DNA of 64,000 nt from an uncultured Candidatus Saccharibacteria bacterium (GTDB taxonomy: Bacteria > Patescibacteriota > JABMPQ01 > JAQVVF01): contig CAZNOH010000001.1 in NCBI GenBank assembly GCA_964574655.1, positions 73,852 to 137,851 on the forward strand, given 5' to 3'. A program made the position numbers and the translations under genes. Under the pieces are notes generated by a model. It worked only from the letters and a program-made list of their open reading frames with translations, was not told where the DNA came from and did no database searches. Position 1 is the stretch's first letter. The number at the start of each line of letters is the position of its first letter. Positions 56,716 to 64,000 of the stretch are shown here, piece after piece.

Positions 56716-57864
56716 ATGCGAATAGGCATTGATTGTCGAACAATTTTAGATCCAGAACATGGTGAAGCAGCAGGTGTAGGTCATTATACTTATCATTTGA
56801 TTGAAAATCTATTAAAAATTGATACAAAAAATAAGTATGTGCTGTTTTTTGATCGCAGAGTCGGAGATGCTGGCCATTTTAAACAACGAAATTCGGAAAT
56901 AAAATTTTTCCCTTTTATTGAATATAAGACTTTTTTGCCGATTGCTTATTCTCATTTTTTAGTCGCTGCTTATGTATCAAGAGAAAAGCTTGATGTATTC
57001 CATTCTCCAGCTTGCACTGTTCCTCTGGCTTATTCTAAAAATTCTGTCGTTACAATTCATGATATGGCAATTTATCAAAACAAGTCTTGGTTTCCAGGTC
57101 AAATTTTTTCAACTAGAATTGTAGTTCCACAAAGTGTTAAAAAAGCGAAAAGAGTGATTTCTGTTTCTAATTATACAAAGCAGGATTTAGTTAAATTCAT
57201 GCAAATACCTGAAGAGAGAGTGACAGTTGTTTATAATGGAGTTGATATTAAAATTGATGAACGTCAATCAGCGGAATCTAGAAAGGATTTTTTGAAAAAC
57301 AAATTTGGAATAGAGAAAAAATATATTTTGTTTGTTGGAACAATCCAGCCAAGGAAAAATGTAATGGGAGTGATTCAGGCATTTGATCGTTTGCGCGGAA
57401 CAAGCGCTTATGAAGATTTTCAATTAGTCATTTCTGGCAAAAAAGGTTGGGATAATGATGATGTGTTTAGAGCAATCAGGCAATTTGGTTTAACAAAAAA
57501 AGTTATTTTTACTGGCTATATTACTTCAAGTGATAAGGCTTTGTTAATGAGGAATGCTTCACTTTTTGTTTTTCCATCTTTTTATGAAGGTTTTGGGCTC
57601 TCAATTTTAGAAGCGCAAAAAGTTGGAACACCAGTTATTACTTCAGATATTACATCAATGCCAGAAGTTGCAGACGATGGAGCACTTTTAATAGATCCTT
57701 ACGATATCGATGCTTTATCCAAAGCAATGAGAAAAGTTTTGACTGAACAGAATCTTAGAAATGATTTGATAAAGAAGGGTTATGAAAATGTGAAGAAATT
57801 TTCATGGGATAAATGTGCGAGAGAAACCTTGGCTGTTTATGAAGAAGTTGTGGGAAAAAAATAA
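56716..57864 (+). CDS. glycosyltransferase family 4 (GT-B, Glycos_transf_1)
   Basis: FPSFYEGFGLSILEAQKVGTPVITSD (EX7E region); FVGTIQPRKN. Confidence 0.8.
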   Translation: MRIGIDCRTILDPEHGEAAGVGHYTYHLIENLLKIDTKNKYVLFFDRRVGDAGHFKQRNSEIKFFPFIEYKTFLPIAYSHFLVAAYVSREKLDVFHSPACTVPLAYSKNSVVTIHDMAIYQNKSWFPGQIFSTRIVVPQSVKKAKRVISVSNYTKQDLVKFMQIPEERVTVVYNGVDIKIDERQSAESRKDFLKNKFGIEKKYILFVGTIQPRKNVMGVIQAFDRLRGTSAYEDFQLVISGKKGWDNDDVFRAIRQFGLTKKVIFTGYITSSDKALLMRNASLFVFPSFYEGFGLSILEAQKVGTPVITSDITSMPEVADDGALLIDPYDIDALSKAMRKVLTEQNLRNDLIKKGYENVKKFSWDKCARETLAVYEEVVGKK

Positions 57865-57874
57865 TTCGACATCT

Positions 57875-58246
57875 ATGAAAAAATTTTTACTGTTATTTTT
57901 AGGAATGTTTGTTTTGTTAGGAGTAGGTTGTAAGAGTGAAATTCAGAATACTGTCAATCAATCTTTAGGTATTGATGCTTTGAATACTGAACAAAAATTA
58001 CAGAAAGATATTGCAGAATCAAAAGCAAAGGAATTGTTTGCGCAAAAAGCAAATCAGGAAATTGATTTGTCATCTGGTCCTTGTTTAGCAGAAGAAATTA
58101 TTGTTGATTGGTCAGTTGATATTATTCATAATCCAAGAACAGCTATTGATAATAAACCAGAGAATCAATGTCAAAATATTTTGAATGGCAAGACTCATCA
58201 TTTTGTAGAATTGGATTTAAATGGAAATGTGATACAGATAAAGTAA
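57875..58246 (+). CDS. small lipoprotein
   Basis: MKKFLLLFLGMFVLLGVGC lipobox. Confidence 0.45.
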   Translation: MKKFLLLFLGMFVLLGVGCKSEIQNTVNQSLGIDALNTEQKLQKDIAESKAKELFAQKANQEIDLSSGPCLAEEIIVDWSVDIIHNPRTAIDNKPENQCQNILNGKTHHFVELDLNGNVIQIK

Positions 58247-58298
58247 AAAGTCAAAAGGAAAAAGGTAAAAGCTACAATTAAAAAGTAAAAAAATATAA

Positions 58299-60917
58299 AT
58301 GGCAGTAAAGAAAATTAAAAAACCAATAAAGAAAAATGTTGTTAGAAAGACTTTAAACAAAAAGCCGATTTTGAGTTTGAAAAGGAAAGTAAAGAAACAG
58401 ATAAAACTAGCTAAGCCAATTAGAATAAAGCCAAAAAAGATCAAGAAAATTAAGAAGCAAAAGAAAGGCGGAAAGATTTGGTTGATTTTGCCAATTATTA
58501 TTTTAGTTCTTCTAGCAGGATATTTTATGGTTGCTAGTTATTATACTTTTTGGCCATTCTCTAAGAGCTATAATGTTTTGGAAGATAAGGTGATTATTAA
58601 AAAAGATATTCCAATTGGTGCTGCAAGATTGGATTGGGATAATATGCAAATTCAAACAGAAGAAAAAATTTCTGATACAGATGATGAAAAAAAGAATTTA
58701 CTAAGCTCTTCATGGTCTGCTGATTCTTCAAGGTTAGTTTTTTTGGATGAAGATAAGAGTTTATCTAAAGAAAATGATGTAGATTATCCTTGGAAAGGAA
58801 AACTATTTATTTTGGAAAATAAAGAAAGAAAAGATCTGGCTAATTTTTTCTATAATACATCGGCAAATGATTTGAAAATTATTGGCAAGACTGCGATTGA
58901 TATTTTTAATAATGAGAGACAAATTATCAAGACTAATTTTAATGGCGATGATTTAAAGAAAGTTGATTTAGATAAAGCTGTTAGCTATGATTTGTCTTCT
59001 GACGGTAGAAAAATAGTTTTAGTTAAAAATAACGGTGAAGTTATAATTAAAGATTTACAAACTGGACAATCAAGAAGTTTAGGCAAAGAAAAGACGGGCG
59101 AAAAAGTTATTTTCTTGAATCCAAGATGGTCGCATGATGGCAATCATATTGCTTTCTTGAAAAAATTGGACAATAAAGATGTTTATCAAAAATCTGAAAA
59201 TTTTGAAGTCGGAATAATTGATTCTAAAATTGAGAAATTAGTTGATTTTAAGAGATTGGGAGTAACATATATTCCAGATAACTCAAATATTTCTGTTGAT
59301 ATGATATGGTCAGTAAACGATAAATTTTTGCTTGATAATGTTTCAAGCAATGTTTATTCAATTGATCCAGCAAAAACTTTGATTTCTAATGATGAAGATT
59401 CTTATACCAGAATGAAAAGTGTTTTATCGCCAACTTCAGACAAGGTTTTGGTTTATGAGTATTATAAAGATAATATTAATTTGGATCCAAATCATGCAAT
59501 TTTTGATCTTTATGTTATGAATTTAGATGGATCAAAAAGAATTGAATTATTACATAAAGAAGGTGATGTTAATGATACAGGATTATTAAACATTTTTGGA
59601 ACTTGGTCTCCAGATGGCGAAAAGATTATTTATAATAATGATCAAAAATTATGGATGGTTGGATCTGATGGAACAAATTTAAGACAAATTTCTAAAGAAG
59701 ATAAAGATTATTTTAATGTGATATGGTCTCTTGATGGCAGAAAATTGGCTTATCTTTTGGGTAATGAAGTGTGGTTGATTAACTTTTCCGACAAGGAAGA
59801 AAAAGTAGCTCAAATTGGCAGCAACGATAATGTCACTGTTAAATTAGATGAACAATTAACATCGACAGCGGAAGAAGAATATTTAATAGGACAGACTTTT
59901 TCGCTTGATAGCAAAAATATTTTGTCAGAAAGATTTTTTAAAAATAATGAGGGCGTTACTTCGCCCTTGATTTATTATTATTTAACTAATCTTGAAAATA
60001 AAGAATCAAAAAAAATAAGCGATGAAATCTATTCATTGGGTGGAAGTTATAAAACAAGATGGTTTGATGATGGAACTGTTGTTTATGATAATCTGATAGG
60101 CAATAATTTGAATATAATTTGGATGGATAAAGACGGAAATCTGGTTGACAAAAAAGAGATTAGCAATTGGAATATGAATTGGTTTGGCTGGGATATTTCG
60201 AATGATGGAAAAGAAGTCATTACATTAGACTCTAATAATCGAATTTATTTGTATAAAAAAGGAGAGGTTGATTCCAAAATAATTTATGAAGGCGATCCAA
60301 AGAGTACGACAAATTGGATAAGATGGTCGCCAGATAAAAAGTATATTGCATTGTTAAAAGGCGACAAGGATGTTTGGTTGTTAAGATTAGAAAACGATAA
60401 AGTCGTAGAAAATAAAAGATTAGGAGGAAATCAAGTTTTTGGCAGAGACGGCGGTTTTGATCCAGAAAGTTTTGTTTTGTGGTCGCCTGACAGTACAAAA
60501 ATGGTTGTTCAAGATTCTGGCAATGTTTTTGATGTTGGTAGCGGGTTAATAGCAGAAGGACTATTTCCATGCTTTTCAACTAAATTTGAAGTCAAGCCAG
60601 TTTCTTCGGATTATAAATGGTCGCCTGATAGTTTGAATATTGCTTTTAGGCAAGATGATAACTTGTTCGCTGTAAAACCTAATGGATCTGACAAAAAAAC
60701 TTTAGCTGAAAAAAACATAACTGCTTTTGGTTGGAGTCCTGATTCAAGCAAAATATTTTTTGCAGATGATAAGGGTATTTCTGTTGTGAATTTAGATGGA
60801 AGCGAAAATAAAAGATTAGTCGAAAAGTCTGGGAATTATAGCTATATTAAATTATCTGCTGATAATGAAAAATTAGTATATGCTAGAGATGGAGAGTTGT
60901 GGGTGGCATATTTATAA
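58299..60917 (+). CDS. membrane-anchored TolB-like (PD40/WD40-like) beta-propeller protein with Lys-rich N-terminus
   Basis: Six or more WSPDG/WSLDG/WSPDS repeat units; K-rich N-terminal tail followed by a TM helix. Confidence 0.6.
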   Translation: MAVKKIKKPIKKNVVRKTLNKKPILSLKRKVKKQIKLAKPIRIKPKKIKKIKKQKKGGKIWLILPIIILVLLAGYFMVASYYTFWPFSKSYNVLEDKVIIKKDIPIGAARLDWDNMQIQTEEKISDTDDEKKNLLSSSWSADSSRLVFLDEDKSLSKENDVDYPWKGKLFILENKERKDLANFFYNTSANDLKIIGKTAIDIFNNERQIIKTNFNGDDLKKVDLDKAVSYDLSSDGRKIVLVKNNGEVIIKDLQTGQSRSLGKEKTGEKVIFLNPRWSHDGNHIAFLKKLDNKDVYQKSENFEVGIIDSKIEKLVDFKRLGVTYIPDNSNISVDMIWSVNDKFLLDNVSSNVYSIDPAKTLISNDEDSYTRMKSVLSPTSDKVLVYEYYKDNINLDPNHAIFDLYVMNLDGSKRIELLHKEGDVNDTGLLNIFGTWSPDGEKIIYNNDQKLWMVGSDGTNLRQISKEDKDYFNVIWSLDGRKLAYLLGNEVWLINFSDKEEKVAQIGSNDNVTVKLDEQLTSTAEEEYLIGQTFSLDSKNILSERFFKNNEGVTSPLIYYYLTNLENKESKKISDEIYSLGGSYKTRWFDDGTVVYDNLIGNNLNIIWMDKDGNLVDKKEISNWNMNWFGWDISNDGKEVITLDSNNRIYLYKKGEVDSKIIYEGDPKSTTNWIRWSPDKKYIALLKGDKDVWLLRLENDKVVENKRLGGNQVFGRDGGFDPESFVLWSPDSTKMVVQDSGNVFDVGSGLIAEGLFPCFSTKFEVKPVSSDYKWSPDSLNIAFRQDDNLFAVKPNGSDKKTLAEKNITAFGWSPDSSKIFFADDKGISVVNLDGSENKRLVEKSGNYSYIKLSADNEKLVYARDGELWVAYL

Positions 60918-60972
60918 TTAAAAATCCTAAATCCTAAATAAATACAAAATTTAAATAATCAAAATCTAAAAA

Positions 60973-61005
60973 TAAAAAAACCGCTTAATATTTTGGCGGT
61001 TTTTT
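60973..61005. terminator. bidirectional terminator aaccgc...gcggtt + T-run
   Basis: Stem-loop between convergent genes. Confidence 0.55.
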
Positions 61006-61008
61006 GTT

Positions 61009-61365
61009 TTAATGTCTTATGATTTCTGATTGAAAATATTTTTCTTGAAAATTTGTTATTTTTTTTATTTCCTGATCTGTTAAATTTGTATTATCCGGTA
61101 CTATGATTAACTTATCATCATTATCATTAATACGGTGAATGACTGCGATGCATTGGCCCGTAAATTCTTTTAAGGGTTTTTCAATATCCAAAATGTAAGC
61201 ATCTACTTCTTTGTTATCAGGTGCTTTTGTATTTGGAACAAAACCATAATTGATAGGATAATGATAATTATGTCTTGGGTGTTTTGAACCGAGAGGTCTG
61301 TCTATCATGATATGGACTTTTTTATTGATGAATTTTGTTGCGTAATTTTTAATATTTTTTTGCAT
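61009..61365 (-). CDS. short inorganic-pyrophosphatase-like protein (family I PPase core, N-terminally truncated relative to canonical enzymes)
   Basis: YPINYGFVPNT...DAYILD...GQCIAVIHRINDNDDKLI parallels E. coli PPase YPCNYGYI...DGDPVDVLV...[25 protein letters not shown]; only 118 aa. Confidence 0.45.
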   Translation of the reverse strand: MQKNIKNYATKFINKKVHIMIDRPLGSKHPRHNYHYPINYGFVPNTKAPDNKEVDAYILDIEKPLKEFTGQCIAVIHRINDNDDKLIIVPDNTNLTDQEIKKITNFQEKYFQSEIIRH

Positions 61366-61446
61366 TATAATAAAATAGTTATTGACATTTTTAATTGATT
61401 TGTTATATTGTTTTTTGTGTTGCCATGGTTAGGGAGGAGGAAAAGA

Positions 61447-61835
61447 TGGGAGGGAAATGGGCGGTCTTTCGTTGTGTTGACGGTCGTTTGAATGTACCTT
61501 TAGAAATATTTTTGAAGAATTTAGGCGTACCGCCTGATTATTATCCTTTTACTTTAATTGGCGGTATGAGACAGAGTCATCAAGTTATAAGTGATTTAGA
61601 TTTTGCTGTTGGTCGTTTGGGTATTCGTCATGCTATTTTTGTTCAACATACTGATTGCAAAGCATATGGCGGAAGAATAATGTGCGGGAATACGGAAAAA
61701 GCGGATAAAGAATTTCAGACGAGAGAACTGAGGCGAATCATTGATGATGTAAGAAGGTGTGAAAGATTGGTCAGTCGTTTTGTTTTGGCTCACATTGATA
61801 ATAATGGGCAAGTGTTCTTTGAAGAAATAGATTAA
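61447..61835 (+). CDS. hypothetical protein with beta-carbonic-anhydrase-like CxDxR / HxxC motif pair
   Basis: SD ggaggagg upstream; FRCVDGRL ... VQHTDCKAYGG; only 129 aa, so the assignment is tentative. Confidence 0.35.
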
Positions 61836-61885
61836 ATTATTTCTATTACGCTGTTTAGACGGCGTTTTTTTTATTAACACTAATT

Positions 61886-64000
61886 TTATTTTTTATTTTC
61901 AGGATGTTTTTTGGGATCTTCTTGGTTTTTGTCCTGATTATTTTGCATTTTTTCTGGTTGTGTCGTTGTATTATTCATTTTAGAACTTATACGGCCGAAT
62001 TGCAAGAATAACAATGTAAAAAATATTGCCATTACAAATGGAGCAATAATAGAGAGATAATTTTTTTTGTTGGGCTTGAAATATCTAAGCAAAAGAGAAT
62101 TTGTAACAACTGATATTGAAGAGAATGCCATGGCAAGTCCGGCTAATTCTGGTTTTAAGACTAGTCCATATTTTGCAAAGACCCTGGCAGCAATTGGAAT
62201 GCCAATAACATTGTAAAATAAAGCGAAAAACATATTTTGTCGGATCTTGCTCATTGTTTCTTTGGAAAGTTGTATAGCTGTTATAACAGCGCGAAGGTCA
62301 TTCTTGATAATAACAATTCCGCCAGTTTCCATGGCAATGTCAGTGCCAGATCCCATGGCAATTCCTAAATTAGCTTGGGCAAGAGCTGGAGCATCATTAA
62401 TGCCATCGCCAACCATGGCAACAATTTTTCCTTGATCTTGAAGTTTTTTGATTTCATTGGCTTTGTCTTCTGGCAAAACTTCGGCAAGGACATTAGTAAT
62501 GCCAACTTCTTTGGCAATGGCATTAGCTGTTCTTTGATTGTCGCCTGTAATTAGAAAAGTTTCTATGCCAAGATTTTTTAGCTGTTGAATTGCTTCTTTT
62601 GATGTCTCTTTAATTGTATCAGCAACAGCAATGATTCCTAGAATTTCAGATTTATTTGCTAGAATCATAGCTGTTTTTCCTTGTTCTTCTAAGCGAGTAA
62701 TCTTTCGATTAATTTTTGATAGATCAAGATTGATAATGTCGGTGATCAGTCTGCGATTGCCAAAGTAATATTCTGTATCATTTATTTTTCCTTCTATTCC
62801 ATGGCCTGGAATTGCTTTAAAATTAGCAACATTAATTGAATCAATACCTTCTTCTTCAGCATAATTAAGGATTGCTTCAGCAAGAGGATGTTCGGATGAT
62901 TTTTCTAAAGAAGCAGAAATTTGAATAATATCGTCTTCGTCATTTGCGCCTAAAGATAAAACATCTGTAACAAGAGGTTCGCCGTTGGTTAAAGTTCCTG
63001 TCTTGTCAAAGATGATTGTTCTTACTTTTTCAGCAATTTCCAAAGGCTCTCCGCCTTTTATTAAGATTCCTTGTTCAGCGCCTCTGCCAGTGCCAACCAT
63101 GATTGCAGTTGGCGTTGCTAATCCCAAAGCACAGGGGCAAGCAATGACGATAACAGCAGTGAAAGCCATGAGCGAGAAAGATAAGCTAGCGCCAAGTACA
63201 AAAAACCAAACAATAAAAGTAAGCATTGCAATGCCAATTACAATTGGAACAAATTTGGCTGAAATCTTATCAGCAAAGGCTTGAATTGGAGCTTTTGAGC
63301 CTTGTGCTTCTTCAATAAGATGGATGATTTGAGCTAATGCAGTTTCAGATCCAACTTTTGTGGCTTTAAATTCAAAACTGCCGTGTTTATTAATGGTTGC
63401 GCCGATAACATTATCGCCAACATTTTTTTCAACAGGCAAGCTTTCGCCTGTAATCATTGATTCATTAATAGATGATGAACCTTTTGTAATAATTCCATCA
63501 ACTGGTATTTTTTCTCCAGGCTTAACAAGGATAATATCATTATGATTAACTTGATCGATCGGAATGTCTATGACTTTGTTATTTTTCAAGACATGGGCTG
63601 TTTTTGCTTGAAGCCCCATTAGTTTTTTGATTGCATCACTGGTTTTGCTTTTGGCTTTTGTTTCTAGCCATTTTCCTAGAAGGACAAAAGTAATCAAAAA
63701 GGCTGCAGTTTCAAAATATAAATCAGGAATTTTTTCGCCATTAATTCCAATAAGGCTTTGATTAGTAACAGCGTAGTAAATAAGCGTGGCTAAACTATAA
63801 AAAAAGGCAGTGCTTGTTCCAATGGCAATAAGGCTGTCCATGCCGAATGTTTTCATTTTCAAACTGCTCCAAAATCCTTTATAAAATCCGGCACCTAAGA
63901 TGAATTGTATTGGGATTGTAAGAGCAAGAGAAATGATGCCAATATATGGCAAGATGGATTTTCCAGGCATCCAGGAAAAGAAATCAAAAAGCATAAAATA
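61886..64000 (-). CDS. heavy-metal-translocating P1B-type ATPase (CopA/ZntA-like); N-terminus runs off the window
   Basis: CPC motif ([11 protein letters not shown]), [17 protein letters not shown] and HP region; the ORF reaches the window edge. Confidence 0.85.
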   Translation of the reverse strand, partial: YFMLFDFFSWMPGKSILPYIGIISLALTIPIQFILGAGFYKGFWSSLKMKTFGMDSLIAIGTSTAFFYSLATLIYYAVTNQSLIGINGEKIPDLYFETAAFLITFVLLGKWLETKAKSKTSDAIKKLMGLQAKTAHVLKNNKVIDIPIDQVNHNDIILVKPGEKIPVDGIITKGSSSINESMITGESLPVEKNVGDNVIGATINKHGSFEFKATKVGSETALAQIIHLIEEAQGSKAPIQAFADKISAKFVPIVIGIAMLTFIVWFFVLGASLSFSLMAFTAVIVIACPCALGLATPTAIMVGTGRGAEQGILIKGGEPLEIAEKVRTIIFDKTGTLTNGEPLVTDVLSLGANDEDDIIQISASLEKSSEHPLAEAILNYAEEEGIDSINVANFKAIPGHGIEGKINDTEYYFGNRRLITDIINLDLSKINRKITRLEEQGKTAMILANKSEILGIIAVADTIKETSKEAIQQLKNLGIETFLITGDNQRTANAIAKEVGITNVLAEVLPEDKANEIKKLQDQGKIVAMVGDGINDAPALAQANLGIAMGSGTDIAMETGGIVIIKNDLRAVITAIQLSKETMSKIRQNMFFALFYNVIGIPIAARVFAKYGLVLKPELAGLAMAFSSISVVTNSLLLRYFKPNKKNYLSIIAPFVMAIFFTLLFLQFGRISSKMNNTTTQPEKMQNNQDKNQEDPKKHPENKK

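Overview
This is a low-GC (about 30-35%) bacterial chromosomal window, probably from a reduced-genome organism. Genes are short and tightly packed, with many secreted or lysine-tailed surface proteins. That style is consistent with Patescibacteria/CPR, but the attribution is inference only.

Housekeeping content:
- corA
- an XerC/D-like tyrosine recombinase
- dnaG interrupted by a LAGLIDADG intein, followed by rpoD
- tRNA-Asn(GUU)
- a cation P-type ATPase
- an ArsR-controlled znuA-cdd-znuC-znuB cluster, plus an ABC-F ATPase and an IscU/SufU-like protein
- two tandem S8 subtilases
- the infC-rpmI-rplT operon
- smpB with a candidate tmRNA next to it
- argS, a GT4 glycosyltransferase, and a partial P1B heavy-metal ATPase at the right edge

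The most unusual region is 7.9-12.1 kb. Six single-ORF units lie there, mostly on the minus strand: SRPBCC, P-loop kinase, a 195-aa unknown, HIT, and two anomalously GC-rich (about 60%) ORFs that carry their own Shine-Dalgarno (SD) sites. They are separated by structured 68-187 bp imperfect palindromes. The outer boxes of these palindromes fit the integron attC pattern RYYYAAC...GTTRRRY, and each has perfectly complementary inner repeats. The array ends next to a divergently oriented tyrosine recombinase. I read this as a candidate integron-like (or CALIN-like) gene-cassette array with recently acquired high-GC cassettes.

Other notable items:
- a REP-flanked RAYT/IS200-like transposase inserted next to a duplicated arsR promoter-operator and 5' fragment
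- a candidate ssrA with a G3:U70 acceptor stem
- several dispersed intergenic repeat families, including ATTCGTAT direct-repeat leaders upstream of three genes
- a degraded antitoxin plus PIN-domain toxin pair
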